A DNA stretch of 64,000 bases from a virus (lineage: Duplodnaviria > Caudoviricetes), in IMG/VR virus record IMGVR_UViG_2687453119_000006, positions 32,001 through 96,000 of that record; one strand, given 5' to 3'. Below are positions 1 through 10,307 of this stretch, one piece after another; positions within the stretch are counted from its first letter, which is position 1; each line of letters begins with the position of its first letter. The position numbers and the translations under genes are program-made. The notes beneath the pieces are model-generated. The model searched no databases and was not told the origin of the DNA. It worked only from the letters and a program-made list of their open reading frames with translations.

Positions 1-166
1 GTCTGTCTCGGGGGTAGTACCAGTGCGTGATGATCATCATCTTCGATTCCTCTGTTATCGTTGTTGATGGTCTTGTTGGTTCCGCCAGTCCAACAATGTC
101 TTCTCAAGTCCGTAGTCCTTTAGTGATGTTGTCCCGTTGAAGAATAGGAACTGAGCCTTCATGCAC

Positions 167-748
167 TCAGTCGCAAACCTCGTCGTAGTAGTGATCTCGC
201 TGGATGCGCGTCAGGACCTCATCGAGCGTCCCTTCAAATCGATCCCAGCGATTGAGCGTGACCTTCGCGCGCTGCGAATCTTTGGTCACCCACAACATGT
301 AGATGCCATTGGCGGATAGCGTGTGCTCGAAGATCGAGAACTTGACCATGCCGTCCTTTTCAGTCAGCAACGGCGCGATCAGTTCTACAGCTCGTTTGGT
401 GATGTCAAAGCTCTCTAGCGATCCCTTCGTCATCGAGATCCGCAGGTTTCGGTCGTAGGTGTCGGACCAATATCCTTCACACCCAAGCCCGATGCTTGCG
501 AATTGCGACTGGACGTACTCGTAATACGTTCGCCCGTCGTCTTCCTGCCGGACCAGAGTCTTCCAGTCCGGACCGTTCTTGCGCCCTTCCTCGTCCATGA
601 TCTCGCCGATCAGCTCGTTGAAGTGCGCAATTCTCTTAGTCACATGTTCGATCTTCCGATCGATCGGAGCACGCTGAGCGAAGAGATCGTCGCGCTGGCG
701 TTCCATGTCCACCAGCTCCGACGTCAGCTCTGCCATTGATCTCTTCAT
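167..748 (-). CDS. Hypothetical phage protein with N-terminal coiled coil
   Basis: 193-aa ORF, high GC3, coupled to the upstream ORF. Confidence 0.75.
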   Translation of the reverse strand: MKRSMAELTSELVDMERQRDDLFAQRAPIDRKIEHVTKRIAHFNELIGEIMDEEGRKNGPDWKTLVRQEDDGRTYYEYVQSQFASIGLGCEGYWSDTYDRNLRISMTKGSLESFDITKRAVELIAPLLTEKDGMVKFSIFEHTLSANGIYMLWVTKDSQRAKVTLNRWDRFEGTLDEVLTRIQRDHYYDEVCD

Positions 749-936
749 CAGTCTTCCTCGGTGACGTAGTCGATGACGAAGGAGGCGAGCCCATCATCGT
801 GGGCAGCGTCGCAGACTTCGTCGATGTTCTTGTACTTGCCGTGCCAGCGTTTGCCGGGCCACTTGGCGCGAAGGGTGTCGCCGTTCAGCCTTGCGCAGAG
901 CACAGGCTTTCCGGTCTGATCATCAGGTTCGGTCAT
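748..936 (-). CDS. Hypothetical protein
   Basis: 62-aa ORF tightly packed in the leftward operon. Confidence 0.6.
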   Translation of the reverse strand: MTEPDDQTGKPVLCARLNGDTLRAKWPGKRWHGKYKNIDEVCDAAHDDGLASFVIDYVTEED

Positions 937-1168
937 CGAGCCTCACCCAGATGTCGTTGTAATGCATCTTGGCCCTGAACTTGTGCCCCTCGACCTCGAA
1001 GTAGATCCAGGTCCGGCGGGGGAAGTCAGCATCCATCATCGCCTGCGCGGCCTTGGTGCGCAGAGTGTCGTAGTTGTTGCCTCGGACGTCGATGTCGTGA
1101 TCCAGCCTCAAGAATGGATTGTCGACACGTCCGATGAGGACCTCCTTGAAGCGGATCTCGGGCATCAC
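923..1168 (-). CDS. Hypothetical protein
   Basis: 81-aa ORF overlapping its neighbours. Confidence 0.6.
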   Translation of the reverse strand: MMPEIRFKEVLIGRVDNPFLRLDHDIDVRGNNYDTLRTKAAQAMMDADFPRRTWIYFEVEGHKFRAKMHYNDIWVRLDDRT

Positions 1169-1345
1169 AGCCCCCGGATGCCGTCGAACCCGAAGATCCG
1201 GGCCTGCTCACGGATGCCGGCGAGGACGATAGCCTCGTCGATCCGGGTGTCCTCGATCATCAGGAGTTGCGCTTCCTTGCGGCGACGCGACAGGTCAGCC
1301 CGTGATCCGCGGTGAGGGAAGATGGGTGTGCGAGTTGATGTCATG

Positions 1346-2071
1346 TTATTCGTCCTTCCAGTCTATGGTGATGGTCCCATCGGGACCGGTTACAAGCTCG
1401 GCGTCGAAGAACTCGATCGCCTTGCGGATGTTCGGCATGTACGGGCCGTAGCCGCGCCTGACGCGAAGGGCCGCGCAGTTGGTGAAGTAGCCCCCGGTGT
1501 TCAGCTCGGCGTCGAGACCGCGCATCGAGAGTCCATCCTCTCTGGCGCGTTGCCGGATGGCATCCGCGAGCGGCTCGCCGACGATGGTGAGAGGCTTGTC
1601 GTGATAGTTGAACAGCTTGATGCCCAGCTCCTGGGCGCGCTTGTTGATCTCCCAGGGGGTCCGGTGCGGCAGGATGTGGGTGATCGCGGTCGCTCCCTTG
1701 GTCGGGGCAGCGCGCCTGATCTCCTCGTCCTCGCCCTGGGTGAACGGTGGCCGGCGGTAGGTGAAGCCGGTGGTCCCACGCTTCTTGGCAATCGACTGCC
1801 GGGACCGACCGGGCAGCAGCTTCTGCAGCTCGTGCGTTGTCAGGTGCCGATTGCGCTTGATGATTGTCAGCTCGGCGTTGGTGTATGCCTTGCCGCACCT
1901 GACCCAGAAGTCGCTACCAGACCTCTCGGCAGTAGAACTTCCGCTGGCAGGACGGGCACTCGATGACCTCGGAGGATTTGTCTCCTTCCTCACTGAAGTC
2001 GAATTCGCAATGAGGGCAGTCGAAGTGGGTGCGGAAATAGCCGCGGATGTGTTCCAGGTCACGGATGTCAC
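1346..2071 (-). CDS. Putative DNA-binding protein (two Myb/SANT-like repeats plus XRE-like HTH); true start probably near 1900
   Basis: YTNAELTIIKRN..LLPGRSRQSIAKK and FTQGEDEEIRR..ILPHRTPWEINKRAQELG repeats; LADAIRQRAREDGLSMRGL. Confidence 0.55.
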   Translation of the reverse strand: MTSVTWNTSAAISAPTSTALIANSTSVRKETNPPRSSSARPASGSSTAERSGSDFWVRCGKAYTNAELTIIKRNRHLTTHELQKLLPGRSRQSIAKKRGTTGFTYRRPPFTQGEDEEIRRAAPTKGATAITHILPHRTPWEINKRAQELGIKLFNYHDKPLTIVGEPLADAIRQRAREDGLSMRGLDAELNTGGYFTNCAALRVRRGYGPYMPNIRKAIEFFDAELVTGPDGTITIDWKDE

Positions 2072-2075
2072 TCAT
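1914..2075 (-). CDS. Small zinc-ribbon protein (53 aa, not in the ORF track)
   Basis: Hand translation MSDIRDLEHIRGYFRTHFDCPHCEFDFSEEGDKSSEVIECPSCQRKFYCREVW with two CxxC motifs. Confidence 0.65.
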   Translation of the reverse strand: MSDIRDLEHIRGYFRTHFDCPHCEFDFSEEGDKSSEVIECPSCQRKFYCREVW

Positions 2076-2225
2076 ACGAAGGCCCGTTTGCTCTCGATGA
2101 CGAAATGCTGCTCGGCCTTCCGCAAGCGACCTCGTCGTGATTTGCTGAACGGAGCGGGGTGGCGCTTCCAGGTGTGACTCTCCAGGAGGAAGCGGAACGC
2201 CGCACCGATCGCGCGTTGTGCCGGC

Positions 2226-2648
2226 TCACCCTTGCAGCATGGGTGTCGGTGCCGGCGCTGCCGGATGAAGGGCCTCAAATGCTTCATGACTCGAGCGGCT
2301 CCTCTCGTGCCGATAGCGCAGTGGCTTCGGCGCCTCGTACCAGAAGGCCACGCGGGGCGGCTCTTCGTAGACGGCGATGACGATGGGGTTGGCGTTGCGG
2401 TACCAGCGGGCTGCCTTGCGCAGCGTCCGACCGCTTTCGCGCGCGGTGTCGATGATCAGCGGCCTGAACTTCTCAGGGCAGAGCTGACCGTAGGGGATGA
2501 AGGGGATGCGCAGGATGTGGGAGGTGTAGACCGACGCAATCGCGCCGGATCTACCCGGGCCGGTGACGCAGCCGACGTCTTCCACGCGGTGCGCTCGAAG
2601 CACAACACGAAGACGCTCAGCAAAGTCGGCTTCAGAGATGATCCTCAC
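2226..2648 (-). CDS. Phosphoribosyltransferase-like protein
   Basis: VTGPGRSGAIA and LIIDTARESGRTL resemble type I PRTase loop and PRPP-binding motifs. Confidence 0.55.
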   Translation of the reverse strand: MRIISEADFAERLRVVLRAHRVEDVGCVTGPGRSGAIASVYTSHILRIPFIPYGQLCPEKFRPLIIDTARESGRTLRKAARWYRNANPIVIAVYEEPPRVAFWYEAPKPLRYRHERSRSSHEAFEALHPAAPAPTPMLQG

Positions 2649-2902
2649 GCCACGGCCCTCCGCATGATGGTGTCAATGATGCAGTTGTGTTCGAGCGGAT
2701 TGTGCTCAGCGAGGAACTGCAGCGCTTTCGCGTGGTAGTCGCTGCCGGCGTTCGCGTAGTCGACGACCAGGCGCCAGGCCTCAAGGTCGTTGCGGAGGCG
2801 AGGGGACTCGTCGAGCTTTTGGAGTTGCCACGGGCCGTTCTGGCTGCCGTGGCATTCGAAGATGCCCCAGCCCTCGTCGAAGGCTCTGTTGTTGTCGAAC
2901 AT
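2645..2902 (-). CDS. Hypothetical protein
   Basis: 85-aa ORF with stop/start overlap. Confidence 0.65.
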   Translation of the reverse strand: MFDNNRAFDEGWGIFECHGSQNGPWQLQKLDESPRLRNDLEAWRLVVDYANAGSDYHAKALQFLAEHNPLEHNCIIDTIMRRAVA

Positions 2903-2958
2903 GTGTTATCCATGGAGGGAGAGCCCGTCCCCCCGAAGAGGACGGGCCGCCATCAGGC

Positions 2959-3975
2959 TCAGTAGTGACGGACGTTTTTGTTGCGGGCCCAGTAGGGCTC
3001 CTCGGTGCCGTTGTCGGCCTGGACGTACAGGCTCTTGAACGGATCGTTGCGCGTCTTGAGGATCGTGCAGCGACGCTCGCCCTTCTCGGTGCGGTAGGTG
3101 GTCACCTTGTCGCCCGGCTTGCGGACGATGCCGTTGACCCAGACCGCACCCTCAGGCAGAGCCTCGGCAGCGTCGTCGCCGTTCTCTTCCTGCTCGGTCT
3201 CGACCACGTCGAGTTCGTCATCGTCATGCTCGATGCCCTCGACGTCGTCGGTCGGCTCCTCGACGACCGGCTCCGGCTCGACAACCTCGGGCTTGGCGTA
3301 GTCGTTGATCGGCTTGAAGTCGTCGGCCGTGACGGTGATCGGCATGATCGCCACCAGGTCGCCGTCCAGATCATCCCCGCCTTCTCCGTTGGTGAGGTGC
3401 TCGACCGCTTCATCGTAGCTGTCGAAGAAGGCCCCGCCGTCGATCATGATCTTGCCGCTTTTGGTCAGGTCGACGAGGACGTAGATGGTGCGCGGATACA
3501 CCGGCAGCTCGACCTGGATGACCTGGGCGTATCCGTTCAGCTCGTCGCCATCGGTGTCGAACTGGTGGATGACCTCCTCGTCGTCGTGGTTCGAGACGAT
3601 GACCACCGGGTACGAATTGCCGGCGAGCACCGCGACGATCCGGGCGTCGGTGTGGACGTCGTCCTCGTCGTTCGCATCGACCACGATGAACGGCTTGTTG
3701 AAGTCGATCGCGCCGGCCGGATACTTCGGCTCCGCGGCGAGGATGACGGCTTCCGAAACGATCGGAGCTTCCTCGACGACTACCGCGAGGGCGACATCGA
3801 ACGTTTCCTGGGGCGCCAGGACTTCGCCTTCGATCACCGGCTCAGCAGCCGGCTCAGTCACAGCCTCGACCGGTTGCTGCGTCTCGACGTAGCCTCCTGC
3901 GAGTGTCTCGACCTCGGGCGCCGGCAGTGCCGCGGGACGACCGAAGAGGGGATTGTTAAAGCCAAACGGGTTCAT
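2959..3975 (-). CDS. Acidic hypothetical protein
   Basis: Long ORF with strong GC3 bias; GGAGAG RBS before ATG 3975. Confidence 0.75.
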   Translation of the reverse strand: MNPFGFNNPLFGRPAALPAPEVETLAGGYVETQQPVEAVTEPAAEPVIEGEVLAPQETFDVALAVVVEEAPIVSEAVILAAEPKYPAGAIDFNKPFIVVDANDEDDVHTDARIVAVLAGNSYPVVIVSNHDDEEVIHQFDTDGDELNGYAQVIQVELPVYPRTIYVLVDLTKSGKIMIDGGAFFDSYDEAVEHLTNGEGGDDLDGDLVAIMPITVTADDFKPINDYAKPEVVEPEPVVEEPTDDVEGIEHDDDELDVVETEQEENGDDAAEALPEGAVWVNGIVRKPGDKVTTYRTEKGERRCTILKTRNDPFKSLYVQADNGTEEPYWARNKNVRHY

Positions 3976-4086
3976 GCAGTCTCTCCTTGTGCGGGCCGTT
4001 GTTGATCCCACCCCGTCAACAGGGGCGGCTCGCTGGGTTCTGATGACGGGGTGTTGCAAACGCTTTGAATTCAAGCGCGTGTCAGG

Positions 4087-4461
4087 TCACGGCTTCTCGC
4101 CCGGTCCATACCGGTGGATGATGCAGGGCTTGCCGTTGTGTTCGAGCAGGTCTTCGCCTTCGATCCCATCCACGTCGTAGTCGATGATGGTGACCTCGAC
4201 GTCGGTCGGGAGGCTGGCGACGTCGGCCATACCGCCTTCCACCGTGATGACGACTTCGCGCTTCACGGCGTAGACGATGTCCCACTGGCTGCTACCCTTC
4301 AGTGGGTAGGCGCCGTCCTCGCGCCGCCAGCCGAGCCGCTCGACGCCATCCTCATAGGTGACAGCGATGAGCAGCGGGCCGTTCTCGTTCTTGAAGTTGT
4401 AGCCGAGAAGGCGGACCGGGAGGCCGGACCTGGTCTGGAGCGGTCTGCTGAAATCAAGCAC
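4087..4461 (-). CDS. Hypothetical protein
   Basis: GTG start overlapping the upstream stop. Confidence 0.6.
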   Translation of the reverse strand: MLDFSRPLQTRSGLPVRLLGYNFKNENGPLLIAVTYEDGVERLGWRREDGAYPLKGSSQWDIVYAVKREVVITVEGGMADVASLPTDVEVTIIDYDVDGIEGEDLLEHNGKPCIIHRYGPGEKP

Positions 4462-4939
4462 AGGCGACCTCGATGTCTTCCAGGTGCAGGACGCGCGGCC
4501 AGTTCGGATCACCGGTCGCGAGGAAGTTGTCCATCGCTTCCAGTGCCTGGGACGGCGCGATGTCGATGTATTCCGGACCGTCGTAGCTGCGGCCATTGGT
4601 GTCGACGATCCACTGACCGCCCATATCCTGTAGCGGGAAGAACAGCGGGATCAGCCTGGGGCTGGCGTGCCGAGTGACATAGCCCGCCGCGGTCGCGCAG
4701 GGAGCAGTGCGGTCGCGCTCCATGGCGCGGAACATCCAACCGCCGATGCAGCAGGTGGTGCCGCAATCCGTCTCGTTGTCGATGGTGTTCATGTTGAAGC
4801 CGTTCGTCTGATCGGCGTTAACTTCGCGATCGTGGGTGATCACGCCATTGGCGAACAGCTCGCGGATCTCCAGGGCGGCCTTCAGCTCTGCCTCCCGGAT
4901 GTTGAGTGCAGTGGCGGACAGGACTCTTCTATCGGTCAT
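4454..4939 (-). CDS. Hypothetical phage protein with CGTxCCIGGW motif
   Basis: AGGAG RBS before ATG; Cys motif of a type common in phage early proteins. Confidence 0.7.
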   Translation of the reverse strand: MTDRRVLSATALNIREAELKAALEIRELFANGVITHDREVNADQTNGFNMNTIDNETDCGTTCCIGGWMFRAMERDRTAPCATAAGYVTRHASPRLIPLFFPLQDMGGQWIVDTNGRSYDGPEYIDIAPSQALEAMDNFLATGDPNWPRVLHLEDIEVACA

Positions 4940-5031
4940 GATGGTCTCCTTTGGACTCGGGGATAATTTGCATTTGCATTGAGCGCAAGCACTAAATTTG
5001 CAGTCGTGCAAATTTCGTGATAGGCTTTGGC

Positions 5032-5475
5032 ATGCAGAAAACTGATGTGTTTGGCCTTCCCTGGCTTTCCTCAAAGCCAGAACGCGCAATCTTCGATGAG
5101 CTTCAGTACGCCTGCGTCTACGCGGTCGGTCCAACAGGGGGCCGGCCGCTCAGGATCGGCTGGGCACGCCAGCTCAAGGACCGGATGCAGGCCCTCCAGC
5201 TCGGGAGCTGGAAGGAACTGCGGATCCATCACATCGCCTGGGTCGCAGGCGACATGCTTGCCATCCGCCTGTTCAACGAGGCGACGGCCACCCTCGACAA
5301 GGCGAAGCGGAGGCTTGCGAACGACTGGTTCGACATCACGCCGGAGTTCGCTCAGCAGGCCATCCGCCTCGCCGCGGACAAGAGCGGGATCCAGACCATC
5401 ACGCACGGCGAGATGCTGCAGAAGGTGAGGAACATCCGGAAGAGCCGGATCGAGGACGTCATCAAGCGGGCCTAG
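5032..5475 (+). CDS. GIY-YIG / T5orf172-like domain protein
   Basis: CVYAVG..LRIGWA..KDRMQALQLG and NDWF motifs. Confidence 0.65.
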   Translation: MQKTDVFGLPWLSSKPERAIFDELQYACVYAVGPTGGRPLRIGWARQLKDRMQALQLGSWKELRIHHIAWVAGDMLAIRLFNEATATLDKAKRRLANDWFDITPEFAQQAIRLAADKSGIQTITHGEMLQKVRNIRKSRIEDVIKRA

Positions 5476-5799
5476 TCCGACTCGCTCCAGTACTTCCAGG
5501 TCGGCGACATGGCGTTCCAGCGGTCGAGCAGCTCCAGGAAGTGCATCCGGGACAGGAAGCGGGCAGAGCCTTCGGTCGTTGCCTCTTCGCCAGGTTGTGC
5601 CGGTAGAACTTGCCGACGTAGTCGCATCCAGGCTGGTCGTGTTCAATCGCCCGCAGGCTTGGTGACGATTCTCGGGCGTTCCGATCGTCATCCAGAAGTG
5701 GCGGCTCGACCGCGCCAACTAGATCGCGGTGCCGGTTGTTATGTCGGACGGTCGCGAAGGGCCGCCGCTGAAGCTGCGGTCGCGCCGTCGCAGGATCCA

Positions 5800-7458
5800 C
5801 TACATCTTGGTCGAAAGGATCTTGCACTTGCCCAAATTCTTGAAAAGGCTAGCTGGATAGGAGTCCGCATAATTGAGCTTTACGGCCGTGAGCAGCTTCG
5901 CAATGGTAGTATCGACTAGGCTTGGGATCTGGCCCTCTACCGAGACGAATGTCTTGCCTGAAGCCACCCCCAAAACGCTTAGGACGGCCCATTCGATGAA
6001 GCGATTTCCATGAACGCAGATGAGACCGTCACGCCCCGTGTACTTCTTCGATTCTGAGCTCAATGCCAGATCAACAGCCCGAAGTCCCTGCACTGCCTGC
6101 CAAACGTGGGGTCCAGTGACCCCGCCGTTGAAGAGCTGCTTGTAGGGCGCTTTTGACAGATCTTCCCAGAGCTTACCAATCTCGCGCTTCGCCTGGACGG
6201 CTAGCGATACGTCGGAGTTTGAGCATGCCAGCGCCACTGTTGCCTCCGTAAGGTCAAACCTCTTTGCGGCAGACCCGCTCGAAGCTCCCGACTTGTATGC
6301 ATACTCGACTCCCTCGATGTGGAGTTCTTGTCGAATTCTCTCCTGCTCGGGATCCAGAGCAACGAAATCACGCTTTTCAATCGCGTTCTGTGTGTTGGTG
6401 AACCTCGTAACCTCAGAGGCAAAGGCCGACGGGCTCTTTTCACTAGAGATTATTCGTAGCGGAACCATCGCTTTCTGAACTGACTCGGGATTTAGTGTCG
6501 CTGCCGCAAAGATCGAACCTACCGTTTGCGCGCCATTCACGACAGAGAAACCGGCGCATTCAAAGATGCCCGATTCGGTCGAGTTTCCGCCTATTGGCTT
6601 CTTCGCCACTCCGGATGCAACAACTGTGATACCGTTGTTGAAGTACCAGAAATCCTCCGGACGCTTCAATAGCGTGTCCACGATGTCCTGATTGACTTGG
6701 CTCGTCCCCAAGAACTGTCGAAGGTTCTTGTCGAACAATCGGCTACCGTTGACTTTCATCCAACTGGCAACGTCAGCGGCGCACACCTGGCCATAGACGC
6801 CGAAATGCGGTTCTTTTACTTGCCCCCATCCATATAGCTGAACTTCAGCCGATACCGGGGCTCCCGCCAACCCAGCCGCAACGGCTTTGTGCAGATCGCC
6901 CTGCTTCAGCACGCGCACGAACATGAGGTCAGACGTGTCATTTTGGGATGTCACGTAACTGTCGAGCGCAGCTTGGACCTCGACACTCAAGTCCTCTTGG
7001 CCGGTATGAGCTATGACGAGCACAAAATTCGCATTTGCGTCGAACAGAGCACTCTCAATGTCCGGCTTCTTAGCCTGTATTCGCGAATTTAGCGACGCGA
7101 TGTCGTTGTCGAGAAGTTTCTTCACGCCGTCGATAAACTTCAGGACCTCGCCGAGTTCAATGGACCCGTGTCCGTCCTCATGCCATTTTGTCTGGACCAG
7201 ATACAGAGTTCGATCGTTCGGACTGAAATGGACCAAATCGATACCGCCATCCTGCGCGCCGTCCGTCACTGACTTCGCCAGTTCTTCGATAGGCTCCTCA
7301 GTCATTTGCGAAACAGCCAGTGCGGCAAGCCCTCGCGTGAGAAAGGCCTTTTTGACCTGCTGCGGATCGGAATGATGAGCGTAGTCACTCATGTCGATCC
7401 GGCTGTCCAATTTGGACTTCAGATACCCCTCAGTTTGGGTAACGTGCAACTTGGACAT
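5800..7458 (-). CDS. AIPR family (abortive infection phage resistance) protein
   Basis: DGAQDGGID, FDKNLRQFLG, FWYFNNGITV, VVNGAQT and TNTQNAI motifs; lower GC than the flanks. Confidence 0.85.
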   Translation of the reverse strand: MSKLHVTQTEGYLKSKLDSRIDMSDYAHHSDPQQVKKAFLTRGLAALAVSQMTEEPIEELAKSVTDGAQDGGIDLVHFSPNDRTLYLVQTKWHEDGHGSIELGEVLKFIDGVKKLLDNDIASLNSRIQAKKPDIESALFDANANFVLVIAHTGQEDLSVEVQAALDSYVTSQNDTSDLMFVRVLKQGDLHKAVAAGLAGAPVSAEVQLYGWGQVKEPHFGVYGQVCAADVASWMKVNGSRLFDKNLRQFLGTSQVNQDIVDTLLKRPEDFWYFNNGITVVASGVAKKPIGGNSTESGIFECAGFSVVNGAQTVGSIFAAATLNPESVQKAMVPLRIISSEKSPSAFASEVTRFTNTQNAIEKRDFVALDPEQERIRQELHIEGVEYAYKSGASSGSAAKRFDLTEATVALACSNSDVSLAVQAKREIGKLWEDLSKAPYKQLFNGGVTGPHVWQAVQGLRAVDLALSSESKKYTGRDGLICVHGNRFIEWAVLSVLGVASGKTFVSVEGQIPSLVDTTIAKLLTAVKLNYADSYPASLFKNLGKCKILSTKM

Positions 7459-7927
7459 GGTTTCGCGCTTTCCATTTTGGTCGAGTTGAGTATGCCGATC
7501 AAGATTCGATGCTGCCACTGATTCTATCGGGTTTGTAGATCCATGCCAACGATCGCGGGGGAATAGCGATTTTTAGCCGGGCGGCCCGGTCGGAAAGCTG
7601 AACGCACCAGCGAAGTGACTCCGGATCGTCGGTCACCTCACTGGCATCCGCAGTCAGATCGGATATTCGTCGACCTCGCAACCGCGGCCAGCGTAATGGC
7701 GCGCTGCACTCACTGGCGCCGACCTCTCTCGCGCTGACCGAATCTGCTCCGCACTCGTCATGCCTTTCCTGGCATACACGGTGACGCGGTATCTCCTCTA
7801 GGGCAGTCGATATATGTTCGAGCAGCTCTACGTTGCTCATGATATTGATGTGGCCTCAACGTCCTCAACCTCCTTGAGGCGGGCGCTGTTGGCGAACCAG
7901 ACGTTCCACATGACATCTCTAGCAACG

Positions 7928-8476
7928 TCACGCCGCGCTCTCCTCGCGCTGGAGCGCCAGCTCTGCCGCTACGACCGAGTCGAAACATGCGTGCCAGAGC
8001 GAATATCTGTACTCCCGGACGCTGTGCAGCACCTCGATCAGTTTGCGCTTCTCGGGGACGTAGACCCGGGCGAAGCCGAGGTCGTGCTCCATGATGTCCC
8101 GGGTGTTGCTCAGCATGTCGGCGCATTTGATCATCTGGCCTTGCCAGGATGCGCCGGCCAGGTACTGCCGATCGAGGCGCTTGCGGAAGGCGCGATTGCC
8201 GTGCTCCTTGACGCTGACATCGGTCACCTGAAGCACCAGGTCAGTGATGATCGGGCCGAACGCCTCGATCAGCTGTGCCGGTTGCGTTGGCGTGTCCTCC
8301 AGGGTGTCGTGCAGCCAGCCGGCGGCGACGACCTCAGCCGATGCTGTGTAGCAGAGCAGGGTGCAGGCGACCTCTTCCAGGTGGTACCAGTATGGCACGC
8401 CCGTATACTTGCGCTTCTGGGTACCGTGGGCCTCGATAGCGAAGTCCTTGGCTCTTCTGATCAGATCGAAGTCCAT
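7928..8476 (-). CDS. HD-domain RelA/SpoT-type hydrolase (small alarmone hydrolase / Mesh1-like)
   Basis: [28 protein letters not shown] and IKCADMLSN. Confidence 0.8.
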   Translation of the reverse strand: MDFDLIRRAKDFAIEAHGTQKRKYTGVPYWYHLEEVACTLLCYTASAEVVAAGWLHDTLEDTPTQPAQLIEAFGPIITDLVLQVTDVSVKEHGNRAFRKRLDRQYLAGASWQGQMIKCADMLSNTRDIMEHDLGFARVYVPEKRKLIEVLHSVREYRYSLWHACFDSVVAAELALQREESAA

Positions 8477-8477
8477 C

Positions 8478-8693
8478 TCAGGCGGCCTTCTCATTGTCGT
8501 TGTTGGCGGGAACGATCGCATCAAGCCGGAATGCCAGGACGTGAATGTCCAGCGTCATCGGCTCCTTCCAGGTGAAGCCTGCGCGATCGCGGTGGGTATG
8601 GACGAAGTTGATCTGGTGGACGACCGCCGTGCCGAACGGCAGCGTCTCGCCGGGAGGGATGCCAATTGCGAACATTACTCCTCTCCCCAGCAT
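8478..8693 (-). CDS. Hypothetical protein
   Basis: Short ORF packed between neighbours. Confidence 0.5.
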   Translation of the reverse strand: MLGRGVMFAIGIPPGETLPFGTAVVHQINFVHTHRDRAGFTWKEPMTLDIHVLAFRLDAIVPANNDNEKAA

Positions 8694-8938
8694 TCTTCGT
8701 CGTCGAGGTTCTTCAGCTCATCGGGGAGCGGCTGACCATCGGTGACGGGGAAGAACGGTGCGCCGAAGAAGCCGCAGTCGTACGTCACATCGCCGCAGTC
8801 GACTCCGATCTTGGCCGCGAGGCTCTTCGCCATCACAGTACCGAGCCGTTCGATCACCGCGGTGTAGTGGTTGACCTCGGGCATCTTGGCCCGCTGCATC
8901 GCCTCGACGATCTCGTCGATCTTCAGTTGATAGGACAT
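8675..8938 (-). CDS. Hypothetical protein
   Basis: 87-aa ORF downstream of a TTTGC-N6-GCAAG motif. Confidence 0.65.
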   Translation of the reverse strand: MSYQLKIDEIVEAMQRAKMPEVNHYTAVIERLGTVMAKSLAAKIGVDCGDVTYDCGFFGAPFFPVTDGQPLPDELKNLDDEECWGEE

Positions 8939-9095
8939 GCTGTGTTTCCCGTTTTTGGGTCATTTGCACAACGTTTGCATTCAAGCAAGTATTAATTTGC
9001 GAGTTTGGCCAGGACGCCGACGAACGCAGCGGCCAGGAGCAGGGCGACCGTGAAGTTCCTGGGGTTCAGGAACTCACGGGCCGGAGCCTGCGGCG

Positions 9096-9503
9096 TCACT
9101 TGACCTTCCGCATGAAGCCGACGTTGACCATCACGGCGCCGTACTTGTTGCAGAACTGGCGGTTGCCCTTGTTGATGTCGTCCAGCAGGTAGTTCAGGTC
9201 GGCACGGACCTGCTGTGTCACCTCTGGGATCAGCTTCGTCCGGTCGTACTCGAAGTCCATGATCGCGAAGATCGCGTTCATCACGGCCGGCGCATAGGTG
9301 TCGTAGTCAGCGCCGACCTGGTCGGCAGCCTTCCGCATGGAGCCGTCGACGAACTCGTAGCTGGCGCCGCACTTCTGGCTGACGGCGTAGGCGATAACCC
9401 CCAGACTTATGAAGTCCTTGTTCACCTTGGTTGTTGCCTTGGCGGGAACGGCGAGAGCGAGCGTCAGCGCTACCGCCGACGCACACAGTGCGTGCAGTTT
9501 CAT
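9096..9503 (-). CDS. Secreted hypothetical protein
   Basis: Signal-peptide-like MKLHALCASAVALTLALAVPAKA; AAGGA RBS. Confidence 0.7.
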   Translation of the reverse strand: MKLHALCASAVALTLALAVPAKATTKVNKDFISLGVIAYAVSQKCGASYEFVDGSMRKAADQVGADYDTYAPAVMNAIFAIMDFEYDRTKLIPEVTQQVRADLNYLLDDINKGNRQFCNKYGAVMVNVGFMRKVK

Positions 9504-9529
9504 TGTCGTAGTTCCTTATTTGGGGGCGA

Positions 9530-9874
9530 TTAGTGCTCGCTCGGGAGCAAGATGACGCCGCTCTCGACCCAAAGGGTTATTTCGTCGAGCGGGAAGTCGG
9601 TGAACGTAATGTGCTCGCTGTGCAGGATGACATCGTCATCCTTGCAGGTGAGGGTGGCTGTGTTGTTGGTCACGACCAGCTGCCAGGCTTGGAAGTCCGC
9701 AGCTCGAATTTTCTTTTCGAGCTGCAACGTGGCGATCTTGTCGATCAGCCAGTAGGCCTGCGCGTTCTTCGCGAGGAACTGCACACCATCGGTGTAGCGC
9801 ACGCTCCGCATCAGACGGTGCTGGTAGTGGTTGTCGGTACCGGTGAAGTGGGCGAGGTCGGTCTTGGTGATCAT
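9530..9874 (-). CDS. DUF6876-like hypothetical protein
   Basis: FTGTDNHY..YTDGVQFLA..AYWLID..ITFTDFPL..ILLPSEH pattern. Confidence 0.65.
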   Translation of the reverse strand: MITKTDLAHFTGTDNHYQHRLMRSVRYTDGVQFLAKNAQAYWLIDKIATLQLEKKIRAADFQAWQLVVTNNTATLTCKDDDVILHSEHITFTDFPLDEITLWVESGVILLPSEH

Positions 9875-10040
9875 GTGCTCTCCGGCGTTGAGTCTTCGAT
9901 CTTGATCTTGAAGTTCTGTGAGACGATGCCGGAGGTCTGGCGAAGCACCAGATTGCCGCGGCTGCTGCTCACGATGGTTACGCCAAGCTCTCGCATGGCT
10001 TGCTGCGTGACCTTTGTCAGGTCGGTGACGGAATAGAGCT

Positions 10041-10307
10041 TCATTCGATCACCTCGTGTTCGCTGATGTCGACGTTGGGCGTGACGTATTCATCGTCGTG
10101 GCCCCGGACATCGTTGAGGACCTCTTGGGCCTCTTCGAGTTTGATGGGCCAATCGTCGGCCGTGGTATCCTCCGGAAGATCAGCGTCCTTGCGGATGATG
10201 TTGATCAGGTCGACGGCCTCGAGTTCGGCCAGCTCCTCGGTCGCGCACACCTTGACGATGCGGCCAGGCACGACGTGGTGAACGCCTTCGACAATCCAGA
10301 CCTTCAC
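10041..10307 (-). CDS. Hypothetical protein
   Basis: GTG start overlapping the upstream stop. Confidence 0.55.
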   Translation of the reverse strand: MKVWIVEGVHHVVPGRIVKVCATEELAELEAVDLINIIRKDADLPEDTTADDWPIKLEEAQEVLNDVRGHDDEYVTPNVDISEHEVIE

